DNA of 64,000 nt from an uncultured virus (IMG/VR IMGVR_UViG_3300042141_000203) (IMGVR_UViG_3300042141_000203), one strand, 5' to 3'. Shown: positions 47,899-56,714, counted from the first letter of the stretch. The notes: generated from the letters alone by a model not told the origin. Translations and numbers: made by a program.

Positions 47899-48476
47899 GT
47901 AGGGCAACAAAAAAAATTTTTTTCCGCACGTCAAGCGGGCGGCGCATGACGGACACTTGGTATCGTGAGAATCCGACCCGGCCGCGGGCGGGCTCGAGGC
48001 CTGGCCGCGGCAGGTCCGCCATCGGTCCGCGGCGGCCGCTGGTGCCAGCTCCAACGGCGGCCGGTCCGCCGGTCCGGTCCGCCATCGCGGCCGGCCATCG
48101 GGCGGACCTGGCCGGGCCCGGTGGCCGATGGCCGCCGATGGCGGCCGGCCTCACCTGGCCGATGGGCAGGAGCCCGGCGGCCACGTCACGAGCGGCCAGG
48201 CTATCGAAATACCATGGCCGGCCGGCCGGCGGCCTATCGAAATACTCGCGCGGCCGTTCGAAATACCCCCGTCGGGGGGTGGAGTGTACGAGCGTACACT
48301 ACCGCGCGGCGGGTCCTTCCGCCGCGAAACGCGGCGGCCCCCCGGCTTCGAACTCCCCATGATGCCATTTTCCGTGCGCGCACCGGCGGCAAAAGCCCGC
48401 AAACTCCGCATCGTGCCGCTATTCGCGGCCCGACGGCGGGGCCCTTGAGCAGAACTGTCAAGGCCCGAAACCGGCA

Positions 48477-49391
48477 TCAACCGGCGGCGGCCGGCGGCCC
48501 CGACAGGGGCCGCGGCGATACCCCGCGCCGGGCGGCGGCGACCTGGGCGGGATCGACGTAGCTCGCGTAGGCGATCTTCGACCCAGGAGCGTGCCCAAGG
48601 TGCCGCGGGGCCGAGCCGGGTTCTTGGATTTCGCAATCGGTCGCCCCCGTGCGGCGAATCCACTTCCAGGTGCCCGTGCGAATCCCGGCCTTGGCGACCA
48701 AAAGCCGCATCTGGTCGGAAAAAGTCTCGTGCGACCCGATCCAGGGCGTCGCCAGCTCTCGAGGGCAGCGAACGAGCGACGCCCGCAAGGCGTCCATCGT
48801 GTCGGGAGCCAACTGGCACACGACCACTCGGCCGGTCTTGTTCTGCCCCCAGGCGACGATGCCGTCCTCGCTGATCTGATCGACGCGGAGCCGCTTCACT
48901 TGATCCTCCCAGCGGAGGCCGCTGTCGTAGGACACGCGGATCGCCAGCGCCCACCACTCCGAACGCCGCAGGCCGCAGCGGTGCCAGCGTGGCATGGACC
49001 GGCACGCAACCAGCAACCGCTCGATCTCCTCGCGCGTCCAGGCCACGGGGGCCTTCCACGGGACGCGGACGGGCCGCACGCGTCGCATCAACGCCACCGG
49101 GTCACACAGGCCGTCGTCCACGGCCGACCGCCACAGGGACACGAGCTGCCGCCGCTTCGACCTGGCGGTCTGCGGGGCGACGGTCTTTCCGTACTCGGCG
49201 ATGAACTGCGACACGAGCGTCGCGTCCAGCTCGTCGAGCCGGACGTGGTGGCCGGCCCAGCGGTCAAAGAGGCGCACGGCGATCTCGTACTGCCGCACAC
49301 TCTCGGCATCGAGCGGGTGCGTCAACGCGTAGGTCGCGATGTAGTCGGCGAGCGTCTGCGGTGTGGTCTGGCGAATCATGGGGCGAACCAT
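48477..49391 (-). CDS. Tyrosine recombinase/integrase
   Basis: SGLRW (R), KTG, KWIRR (variant of HxxR), HLGH, C-terminal Y; N-terminal SAM-like domain; start may be 49379. Confidence 0.85.
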   Translation of the reverse strand: MVRPMIRQTTPQTLADYIATYALTHPLDAESVRQYEIAVRLFDRWAGHHVRLDELDATLVSQFIAEYGKTVAPQTARSKRRQLVSLWRSAVDDGLCDPVALMRRVRPVRVPWKAPVAWTREEIERLLVACRSMPRWHRCGLRRSEWWALAIRVSYDSGLRWEDQVKRLRVDQISEDGIVAWGQNKTGRVVVCQLAPDTMDALRASLVRCPRELATPWIGSHETFSDQMRLLVAKAGIRTGTWKWIRRTGATDCEIQEPGSAPRHLGHAPGSKIAYASYVDPAQVAAARRGVSPRPLSGPPAAAG

Positions 49392-49508
49392 TCATAGTTC
49401 GCGTTGTGCGGTAGGCGGGCCGCTCCATGCGGCACCGTTGGTCATGCCTTCTAGTTTGTGGTGAACAAATCAACACAACCGTCACAGGGGGCTAAACCCC
49501 CACATGCT

Positions 49509-49558
49509 GCATCGGTCTACGGAACCGAAGGTTGAAGGTTCGAGCCCTTCCGGGTGTA
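49509..49558 (+). other. attP-like 3' fragment of tRNA-Arg(ACG)
   Basis: Anticodon arm TCGGT-CTACGGA-ACCGA, T arm GAAGG-TTCGAGC-CCTTC, 3' acceptor strand; no D arm or 5' strand; next to integrase. Confidence 0.8.
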
Positions 49559-49562
49559 TCGG

Positions 49563-49590
49563 CTCCGCAGTTCACCCTAGGACTGCGGAG
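49563..49590 (+). terminator. Hairpin downstream of tRNA fragment
   Basis: CTCCGCAG...CTGCGGAG inverted repeat; no strong U tract. Confidence 0.4.
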
Positions 49591-49622
49591 TCGTGAAAGC
49601 AAATGATTTCACGGAGGGCGTC

Positions 49623-49922
49623 ATGCCGCACGTTCACGCCGCAGGAAAAACGGGCAGGCCGAGGAGCTGGCAGCCGTGCCAGATTGGGCGGAATATCGAA
49701 AGTGTCTGCGGTCGCCGCGGGGTCCGGCTAGAGGACCTGGCAAGTTCCGCCGGGGTCAGCCTGCCGACCCTGTACCGCATCGTGGGCGGCCTCACGCCGG
49801 ACCCCAAGGTATCGACGCTAAAAGCTATTGCCGACTCCCTCGACGTAACCGTGGATCGGCTGATTAGGAAAACAGCGGAGCCAGCCCGCGGGCGGACTCG
49901 ATCCGTTCGCAGGCCAGCTTGA
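49623..49922 (+). CDS. XRE-family HTH regulator
   Basis: LEDLASSAGVSLPTLYRI..G...DPKVSTLKAIADSLDVTVDRL. Confidence 0.85.
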   Translation: MPHVHAAGKTGRPRSWQPCQIGRNIESVCGRRGVRLEDLASSAGVSLPTLYRIVGGLTPDPKVSTLKAIADSLDVTVDRLIRKTAEPARGRTRSVRRPA

Positions 49923-51087
49923 CGTATTCGGGATTGAGTTCGCAGCCGATGCCGCTCCTGCCAAGCTCGGCGGCAACGGCCAGCGTTGTTCCGCTGCCGG
50001 CGAACGGGTCCAGCACAACGCACGGCACAGACTTTCCGGCATAGCACTGGCAGCCGGCCCGCCAGCCGGTAGTCGTTGTCTGCGTAACGTGTCGCTGCGG
50101 GTCGCGATTGCCGACGTGAAGATGATTCCAGCCGGCAGGCGGAGCGGCCTCATGATGCTTTCCGACTTTCGTGTCCAGCCCCGGCCGAGTCGCAAGCCGG
50201 GACTTCTCCACGACCCGCTCGAGCGGCGAGAGGCACGACGGGCAGCAACCCTCCTCGCTCGTGCCCGCCTTGATGCACGGTGCCACAAGGCCGGGAGGCA
50301 TGGTGGCAAAGTGCGCACCCTTGTACGGTTTTGTCGCCACCGTCCAGACAGAGCGGCGATTGCGGGTGTCTCCGCGAAAAACGACGGTTCCTGGCACCTG
50401 ATTTCCAGACGGCTTACGGTTCATACCGGCAGCCTGATAGCCGCCACCTCCGTGATCGACAGTAACGCGAGACTCACCGGCCGTTAGCGCCGCCTCGCTC
50501 ACAGCCTCCGCGTCGTAGAAATACCGCTCGCTCTTGGTGAGCAGAAAAACGTATTCGTGCGCCTTCGTGCAGCGGTCGCGCACGCTCTCGGGCATCGGGT
50601 TGGGCTTGTGCCAAATGATGTCCTGCCGCAGCCACCAGCCATCCGCCTGCAACGCGAAAGCGACGCGCCACGGGATGCCTACGAGGTCTTTGGCTTTCAG
50701 TCCAGGCGGCGTGTATCCGGGCCTTGCCTTCTTTCTGGCCTCTCCTTCGCGGACAGAAAATGCGTTCATCGCTCCCCAGGACTCGCCTTCCGCTCGCCGC
50801 TGGTTACATGGAGCATCGGGTGCGTACCCGCCTCCGCCGCAGTACGAATCTCCGAGGTTCAGCCACAGCGTCCCGTCCTCGCGCAGCACGCGACGCACCT
50901 CGCGGAACACTTCCACCATGCGGGCAACGTAGGCTTCCGGCGTGGACTCCAAGCCGATCTGCCCGTCGTGGCCGTAGTCCCGCAAGCCCCAGTAGGGCGG
51001 CGACGTGACGCAACAGTGAACGCTCGCGTCGGGCAGCGTCCGCAATCCTGCGATGCAGTCGCCCTCGATAACTCTGTGCGCAGTCAT
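49864..51087 (-). CDS. N4-cytosine/N6-adenine DNA methyltransferase (beta class)
   Basis: VTSPPYW, IIWHKPNPMPES, HFAT, VLDPFAGSGTT, IGCELN; AAGGA RBS. Confidence 0.92.
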   Translation of the reverse strand: MTAHRVIEGDCIAGLRTLPDASVHCCVTSPPYWGLRDYGHDGQIGLESTPEAYVARMVEVFREVRRVLREDGTLWLNLGDSYCGGGGYAPDAPCNQRRAEGESWGAMNAFSVREGEARKKARPGYTPPGLKAKDLVGIPWRVAFALQADGWWLRQDIIWHKPNPMPESVRDRCTKAHEYVFLLTKSERYFYDAEAVSEAALTAGESRVTVDHGGGGYQAAGMNRKPSGNQVPGTVVFRGDTRNRRSVWTVATKPYKGAHFATMPPGLVAPCIKAGTSEEGCCPSCLSPLERVVEKSRLATRPGLDTKVGKHHEAAPPAGWNHLHVGNRDPQRHVTQTTTTGWRAGCQCYAGKSVPCVVLDPFAGSGTTLAVAAELGRSGIGCELNPEYVKLACERIESARGLAPLFS

Positions 51088-51155
51088 GGCGGATTCCTTT
51101 CCTGCCACGATTTCTAGGCCACTGCACACGTTTTTGCAAGTTTGCGAAAATGCCC

Positions 51156-51184
51156 TTGACAGGTTTTCTCATGCCCGCAAGAAT
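51156..51184 (+). promoter_or_regulatory. sigma70 promoter of rightward early/replication operon
   Basis: TTGACA-17-AAGAAT. Confidence 0.65.
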
Positions 51185-51295
51185 CCCTCCCAACATCAGC
51201 CAAGGCGGCTGATGGAACCAATGGCGAGGGATTGCCGATGGCTTGGTTCAGTGGCAGGAAGCCGACGGCGGCCCTCCTTTCTCATGGAGGCCGAA

Positions 51296-51514
51296 ATGGA
51301 ACGCGACGGATCGCGGCTCGCAGTAACGGACGACGACGAGGCGGGGCGGCTGCCTCACGAGCCAACCAGGGCCGAAATCCGCGAGGCGTGCGAGCGGATA
51401 CGCGCAGGGTGGTCCCCGCGAATGTTGCGGGTGCGGGCGGGCATAACTCTCTGCAGACTGCAATCTCCGGTTTGCCCTTTCACGGCAGAAGGGCGGCCCT
51501 TGCTGATCGAGTGA
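51296..51514 (+). CDS. Hypothetical protein
   Basis: GGAGG RBS; EPTRAEIREACERIRAGWS. Confidence 0.55.
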   Translation: MERDGSRLAVTDDDEAGRLPHEPTRAEIREACERIRAGWSPRMLRVRAGITLCRLQSPVCPFTAEGRPLLIE

Positions 51515-51774
51515 TCCAGGTGGCAACCGTGCTCGGTAACCGTGCCCAGCTCGCGCGGCGCACGGTGCCGGCCACGGGGCCGGCGGAGTGGGCTCCGATC
51601 GACCTGACGATCGACCAGCGGATCGCGGCCTCTGACCCGGCCGGGTTCCACGACGCGATCGTCGAGGCGATCGGCTACCTGACGGCGGCGGCTGACGAGA
51701 TCGAGCGGGCCGTGATAGGTCCGGCGATGCGCGGCAGCCTGGCCCGGCTCGCGGCACTCAAGGAGGAAAACTAG
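51511..51774 (+). CDS. Hypothetical protein
   Basis: GTGA overlap; start uncertain. Confidence 0.5.
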   Translation: MIQVATVLGNRAQLARRTVPATGPAEWAPIDLTIDQRIAASDPAGFHDAIVEAIGYLTAAADEIERAVIGPAMRGSLARLAALKEEN

Positions 51775-52005
51775 GTGCTCGTCCTGACGCGAAAGGCTGC
51801 GGAGTCGGTCGTTTTCCCGGCCCTCAACATCACCGTGACGGTCGTGGACATTCGCGGCGATCGGGTGCGGCTTGGGATTTCTGGAGATAGCAGCATCGTC
51901 GCCATGCGCGACGAGCTGCTGGAGCGAATGACGAAGCGTGAATTGGGTGAGTTCTTGGAGCGGAAGGCCATGGAGGCGAGGAACGATGCTGGCACTGACC
52001 TATGA
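51775..52005 (+). CDS. csrA: Carbon storage regulator CsrA/RsmA-like RNA-binding protein
   Basis: MLVLTRK..ES....I.VTVV.I.GDRVRLGI......RDEL. Confidence 0.85.
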   Translation: MLVLTRKAAESVVFPALNITVTVVDIRGDRVRLGISGDSSIVAMRDELLERMTKRELGEFLERKAMEARNDAGTDL

Positions 52006-52207
52006 ACAGCGGGACGCGGAGCAGCGGGTCGCCACGAGGACCGCGAGGTTGCTCGAGGTCTATCACGCGGCAAAGCGGTTGACGGACGGCATGAAGCGGA
52101 TCGGCAACAAGGAGTACGAGGTCGAACCGGCCGCAGTGCTCTCGCTGCGGACGACGCTCACGGAAGCAGGGTTGTTTCTTCTCAAGGAAAGGAGACTCGA
52201 AAAATGA
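51986..52207 (+). CDS. Hypothetical protein
   Basis: GAGG RBS, coupled ORF. Confidence 0.5.
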   Translation: MLALTYEQRDAEQRVATRTARLLEVYHAAKRLTDGMKRIGNKEYEVEPAAVLSLRTTLTEAGLFLLKERRLEK

Positions 52208-53139
52208 CGATTCAGATTCGCAAGGCTCGCCGCTCGGCGACCAAGCTCCGCCTACTGCTGACCGGGCCGTCCGGCAGCGGAAAGACGTTCGGCGGCCTGC
52301 TGGTCGCCAAGGGGCTCGGCTGCCAGAACATCATCGTGATCGACACGGAGCAAGGGTCGAGCGATCTGTACGATTCGCTGGTCCCGTTCCAGGTGATCGA
52401 CCTGGCACCGCCGTTCACCCCGGAAGCCTACATCGAGGCGATCGACGCCGCGGAGCAGGCCGGGGCCGACGCCATAATCGTCGACTCCATCAGTCACGAG
52501 TGGAACGGCAAGGGCGGGTGCCTGGAGCTGGTGGACGAGTTGGCGCGGGCGAAGTTCCGCGGCAATACCTGGTCCGCCTACAGCGAAGTGACGCCGCGGC
52601 ACCGGGCGTTTATCGACCGGATGCTCCGATCCAGTGCCCACGTCATCGCCACGTCGCGGTCCAAGACCGAAACCGCCCAGGTGGACGAGGGCGGCAAGAA
52701 GAAGGTGGTGAAGCTCGGCATGAAGGCCGAGACGCGCGACGGGGTGGAATACGAGTTCACCTGCTGCCTCGATCTTGTCCACGACGGGCATTTCGCGGTG
52801 GCGAGCAAGGACCGGACGGGCCTATTCGGTGGCGACCCGAAGGCCATCACGGTCGAAACCGGACAACGGCTTGCCGCGTGGCTGGCCGGTGGCGAGGCCC
52901 TGCGGAATGTCGAGCCCGCAGCGGCCTCGTCCACGAAACAACGGTCGGTATGGCACGGCAAGGGTCTGTCGCTGCTGCAGAAGGCCACGACGACGGCGGA
53001 GGTTACCGACGCCGCCAAGCGGATCGACGCCCGCCTGCACAGCGGCGACCTGTCGCAAGAGGAGTGGGACGACCTTCACGAGCTGGTCGATCGCCGGCTG
53101 CATGAACTGTGCGCGACCGTGGAGGCCGCCAGTGAATAG
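52204..53139 (+). CDS. AAA_24 / Sak4-like recombination ATPase
   Basis: GPSGSGKT, VIDTEQGS, IIVDSISHEW, YEF motifs. Confidence 0.85.
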   Translation: MTIQIRKARRSATKLRLLLTGPSGSGKTFGGLLVAKGLGCQNIIVIDTEQGSSDLYDSLVPFQVIDLAPPFTPEAYIEAIDAAEQAGADAIIVDSISHEWNGKGGCLELVDELARAKFRGNTWSAYSEVTPRHRAFIDRMLRSSAHVIATSRSKTETAQVDEGGKKKVVKLGMKAETRDGVEYEFTCCLDLVHDGHFAVASKDRTGLFGGDPKAITVETGQRLAAWLAGGEALRNVEPAAASSTKQRSVWHGKGLSLLQKATTTAEVTDAAKRIDARLHSGDLSQEEWDDLHELVDRRLHELCATVEAASE

Positions 53140-53311
53140 CCCCGAAGAACTTGCGAACGCCAGGGCCAAGGCCCTCGAGCTGATAGCCGCGGTCAACAAG
53201 GGCGAAATGAGCCTCGACCGGGCCTTGGACGCGATCGTGGAAGTGTGGACGGGACAGGCCAGCCGCATCGTGCGGGTGGGTGAGACTCACAAACCGGAGG
53301 TGCAGACGTGA
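53132..53311 (+). CDS. Hypothetical protein
   Basis: GGAGG RBS, GTG start. Confidence 0.5.
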   Translation: MNSPEELANARAKALELIAAVNKGEMSLDRALDAIVEVWTGQASRIVRVGETHKPEVQT

Positions 53312-53805
53312 GATTCGATCAGCTCTGGAAGGAACCAGCGGCCCAGCAGGTGCCGGCGGAAAGCCTGCCGCACGTTCCCGACGGAACGCACGTCGGCGAA
53401 ATCAAGTTCGTTGACGAGCGAACGAAGGACTTCGTGAAGTGCGAGGCGAATCCGCAGGGGCACGTCATCCTTGTGCTCGTGGAAGTCTCGGGGTTCGCCC
53501 CGTTCTTCACCGACGTTCCGGCCCATCATCGCGGTGCCGTCGAGGCCCTGTGTCGTTCCGCCGGTGTGGACCCGCCGGACCCGTCGGCCGATTGGGACTG
53601 CCGCGTCCTCAAGGGCCGCACGGTGACGATGGAAACCGTCCACGGGGTCGGCAAGACGGGCAAGGACTACATACGCGTCGAGCGGTGGAAGCCGGGGCCG
53701 AAGCCGTTGCCGGCGGAAGTGCGCAACACTCCGCCGCGGACGCCTGCGAAGAAGGCCGACGCCATCGTGAAGGCGAACGGCGGCGACGACGACATTCCTT
53801 TTTGA
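53308..53805 (+). CDS. ssDNA-binding protein (DUF669-like)
   Basis: PDGTH.GEI; acidic DDDIPF tail; follows Sak4-like gene. Confidence 0.75.
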   Translation: MRFDQLWKEPAAQQVPAESLPHVPDGTHVGEIKFVDERTKDFVKCEANPQGHVILVLVEVSGFAPFFTDVPAHHRGAVEALCRSAGVDPPDPSADWDCRVLKGRTVTMETVHGVGKTGKDYIRVERWKPGPKPLPAEVRNTPPRTPAKKADAIVKANGGDDDIPF

Positions 53806-53816
53806 AAGGGGCCAGG

Positions 53817-54074
53817 ATGGCGACTCTCTACAAGATCAACGTGATGGATACGGGTTGCGGAGGAACATGGGCATCTTCCGGCGAGTCGTTACTGGTCGAG
53901 GGCCGGCAGATGGTTCGGCTGCCGCATGGTGCCATCCTGCCTGCCGACGGCTATCACGACACGATGGCCGCGGCCAAGCGAGCCGCGGCTGACGAGATCG
54001 ACGCTATTTGCCTGTCCCTGTCGAAGCAGGCTGCGAATCTGCGGCAGGAGGCCGGTGGGGAGCGTATGGCGTGA
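53817..54074 (+). CDS. Hypothetical protein
   Basis: ORF in operon. Confidence 0.5.
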   Translation: MATLYKINVMDTGCGGTWASSGESLLVEGRQMVRLPHGAILPADGYHDTMAAAKRAAADEIDAICLSLSKQAANLRQEAGGERMA

Positions 54075-54251
54075 ACCTGCGAAAGCCCCGCCGTGGGTGT
54101 AGTGGCAGTTGGTCATCCTGCCGCATCGGCCGCCAAGCAGTGAGAGGCGACGTATCCGCTGCAGCCGCCGACGCCTATCCGGGGCGGGCGACGGCAACCG
54201 CCCTCGAGCGGCGGGCCCGTGCGAGCCGGGCCGGGCGGGATGGAGGAAGCC

Positions 54252-54725
54252 ATGGATTTCAAGGACGCAATCCAAGCACTAGCAGGACGCAGGGCCGAGC
54301 TGCACGCCGGGCAGGCCAGCTCCAGGCCGTTGTCGGAGAACTACGAGGACGTGGGCATCGCCGGCGAGTTTGCGTTCGGCCAGTTCTGCGGGCTGATGCC
54401 CGACCTGGACGAACGGCCGGACGGCGATGGCGGAGTCGATTTCGTGCTGCCGCTGTTGTTCACCGTGGACGTGAAAACCGCCAGGAAGGCCCACAACCTC
54501 ATTCACGAGCAGGGAAAGCCGTTCGCTGACGTGTTCGTGCTCGCGGAGTATTTCGATGCAACTCGAAACGCCCGCCTTGTGGGCTGGGAATACGGCCGCA
54601 AGCTGGCCGCCGCGCCGGTCCGCGATTTCGGCTACGGGGTGTTGAATCACTACATCGCACGTTCGGAGCTGCGGCCAATGGACGAGCTGGCCGCCAGGAT
54701 CGCCAAGCAAGGAGTAAGGCAGTGA
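54252..54725 (+). CDS. Hypothetical protein, possible PD-(D/E)xK nuclease fold
   Basis: GIAGEFAF...DGGVDFV...VDVKT. Confidence 0.5.
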   Translation: MDFKDAIQALAGRRAELHAGQASSRPLSENYEDVGIAGEFAFGQFCGLMPDLDERPDGDGGVDFVLPLLFTVDVKTARKAHNLIHEQGKPFADVFVLAEYFDATRNARLVGWEYGRKLAAAPVRDFGYGVLNHYIARSELRPMDELAARIAKQGVRQ

Positions 54726-55645
54726 CACACTGGTTTCCACTATTCGGTCGCGACTTCCTCGCGGCCACGACGGGATGGACGGCCGAGGAGCGCGGCCACT
54801 ACATCACGCTGCTGATAGTCCAATGGGAACAAGGCGCCCTGCCGGACGACGTGAAGCGTCTGGAGCTGATTTCGCCAGGCATCCGCTCCTGCTGGAAGGC
54901 GATCGCCGACAAGTTCCCGATCTGGCAGGACGGCCGCCGGCGCAACACCAGGCTCGAGCACGAGCGTTCTAAGGCCGAGGGCCGCAGCGAGAAGGCTCGT
55001 CAGTCGGCATCGCGACTGTGGGCCGGCAAGCGTCCGGAAGCACCAAAGCAGGCCGATTGCCAACCTCCCGCAGAACCCCCATCCTGCCAGAATGGCATAT
55101 GCGATGGCATATGCGATGGCATATGCGAACGCATCAGCGAACGCACCAGCGAAGGCATATGCTCGGCACCATGCTCGGCGGATGCTTCCACAACCACATA
55201 TATTTCATCATCATCAACGCGCGAGAAAAACGTGGCCCCGGAGGGCTGGGAAGGCTTCCGCGAGGGGTGGAATACGGGGGCCTCCGCAGGACACCGGAGG
55301 CCATGGCTATCGGCCTCCCCGCCCCCTGCCCTGTCTGACCGCCTGGCGGAGCCCGGCTGGCTGGACGAGGCCGCCAGGGCCATGCCCATGCTCCAGGCCT
55401 GCCGGCGGTTCGCCTCGCCCGTCAGCCTGGGCCAGTTCTGCAAGCCGGGGTTCGTGGCCGAGGTCCTGGGCGGGTACTACCGCGACCGGCCGCGCGGCCG
55501 GCGGGAGCCCGACGCCCCTGCGGCTCCGCAGGTCGACCCGGCCTTTGAGGCCGCGGCACGGGCGACGATGGCGCGCGAGGAAGCCCGCCGCAAGGCGGAG
55601 CACCGCCGCCTGGACGAGCTGGCCGCCACGGGGGGCGACGCATGA
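54722..55645 (+). CDS. Replication initiator (DUF1376/YdaU-like N-terminus)
   Basis: WFPLF..DFLAAT..W..EERG.YI.LL..QW..G.LP; internal iterons. Confidence 0.8.
   Translation: MTHWFPLFGRDFLAATTGWTAEERGHYITLLIVQWEQGALPDDVKRLELISPGIRSCWKAIADKFPIWQDGRRRNTRLEHERSKAEGRSEKARQSASRLWAGKRPEAPKQADCQPPAEPPSCQNGICDGICDGICERISERTSEGICSAPCSADASTTTYISSSSTREKNVAPEGWEGFREGWNTGASAGHRRPWLSASPPPALSDRLAEPGWLDEAARAMPMLQACRRFASPVSLGQFCKPGFVAEVLGGYYRDRPRGRREPDAPAAPQVDPAFEAAARATMAREEARRKAEHRRLDELAATGGDA
55092..55215 (+). repeat. Iteron-like 12-bp tandem repeats plus AT-rich tract (putative origin)
   Basis: ATGGCATATGCG x3 followed by degenerate in-phase copies, then CATATATTTCATCATCAT. Confidence 0.75.
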
Positions 55646-55842
55646 CGCCGCGGCAGCGCGAGGTCTGCGACGCGATCGTCACGCTCACGGAGCGTATGGG
55701 CCATCCGCCGACGCTGCGCGAGGTCGGCGCGTTTCTCGGCACGCTGCCGAGTGACGTTCACCAGAAGCTCGCGCGGCTGCGCCGTGACGGGCGCGTCGAG
55801 TGGAAGCCGCATCAGTGCCGGACGCTGCGTGTGGTGAAATGA
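55642..55842 (+). CDS. Stand-alone LexA-type DNA-binding domain protein
   Basis: MTPRQREV.D.I......GHPPTLREVG..LG......VHQKL.RL.R.G......RTL; no peptidase domain. Confidence 0.8.
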   Translation: MTPRQREVCDAIVTLTERMGHPPTLREVGAFLGTLPSDVHQKLARLRRDGRVEWKPHQCRTLRVVK

Positions 55843-55885
55843 AAGTGTGCAACCGATGCAACGCGGAGAAGGAGACAAACGGGCT

Positions 55886-56116
55886 ATGTCAGAACTGCGG
55901 CAGTCCAGAGTTTCGGATAGCGTCGAGCACCCCGCCCACTACACGACGCACCCAAGCGGCATCGAGTGCATCACAATCGCGGAAGCGTTCAACTTCAACG
56001 TCGGCAACGCCATCAAGTACCTGTGGCGTGCCGGACTCAAAGGCGACGCCATCGAGGACCTGCGGAAAGCGGCGTGGTACATCAACCGCGAAATCGAAAG
56101 GCGCACCAGTGAGTGA
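55886..56116 (+). CDS. DUF3310 protein
   Basis: DSVEHPAHY...IECI...GNAIKYLWRAG.KG..EDLRKA.WY. Confidence 0.85.
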   Translation: MSELRQSRVSDSVEHPAHYTTHPSGIECITIAEAFNFNVGNAIKYLWRAGLKGDAIEDLRKAAWYINREIERRTSE

Positions 56117-56666
56117 TCTGGTCGATCGTCTACGCGAGAGCGTCAAGGCCTGCCGTGCATTGGATCGCTCGGCGCTGCTTGAGGAGGCGGCAGAGGAGAT
56201 TGAGCTACTGCGCCGCGAGCGTGACGCCACGATGGAGGACTACCGCAGGCTTTCGACGCGATGGGACACGGCGGTCGCCGAATGGGCAGCGGAAACGCGA
56301 AAACTTCATGCGATGATTGACGCCCTACGAGCCATTCACGACGCCGCGCCGGCGGCGATAGCCCGTACAGACGCCGACAGGGACCGCACCGATAAAGCGG
56401 CACCCCAACCCGGCGAGGGCACCGGCGATATTGTGACGCGGCTGCGGCAGACGCGGGCCAACATGATCGGCACCGATGACGAGGATCACTATTTCGACTG
56501 CCATGAGGCGGCGGCCGAGATTGAGCGATTGCGGTCGTGGGGCAGGCTCACCGACGAGGAGCGGGCGGCCGTTGCAGTCGCCATTGATGAGTGCGAGTCG
56601 ATGCCGGTGACACGATCCCGTGTCGCTGCCGATACGCTGCGGAGCGTTCTGGAGCGATTGAAGTGA
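56109..56666 (+). CDS. Hypothetical mosaic protein (DLVDRLR...EAA.EIE.LR repeats, LTDEER tail)
   Basis: Internal repeated motif; GTG start. Confidence 0.6.
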   Translation: MSDLVDRLRESVKACRALDRSALLEEAAEEIELLRRERDATMEDYRRLSTRWDTAVAEWAAETRKLHAMIDALRAIHDAAPAAIARTDADRDRTDKAAPQPGEGTGDIVTRLRQTRANMIGTDDEDHYFDCHEAAAEIERLRSWGRLTDEERAAVAVAIDECESMPVTRSRVAADTLRSVLERLK

Positions 56667-56714
56667 TAACGCCAGCGATCAGCGGCTCCGTCCGCTGCAT
56701 CGCGTGGTTCTCAC
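56663..56714 (-). mobile_element. attC site 1 (integron cassette recombination site), reverse orientation
   Basis: Minus strand: gtgagAAC-cacgc-gatGcagc...gctgatc-gctggc-GTTatcac, canonical R''-5-L''(8)/L'(7)-6-R' spacing. Confidence 0.8.

Noticed and set aside
47844..48561. ORFs across the GC-rich 47.9-48.5 kb tract
   Set aside because: Low-complexity Arg/Pro/Gly translations with no RBS; better explained as non-coding repeats.
48477..49391. Integrase as an integron integrase (IntI)
   Set aside because: I see no IntI-specific insertion or motifs; it is 7 kb from the cassettes and adjacent to a tRNA attP.
49480..49560. Complete tRNA-Arg gene
   Set aside because: No 5' acceptor strand or D arm; treated as attP core.
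56340..56430. Possible degenerate attC or hairpin within 56109..56666
   Set aside because: Only short GC pairings and no AAC/GTT boxes.
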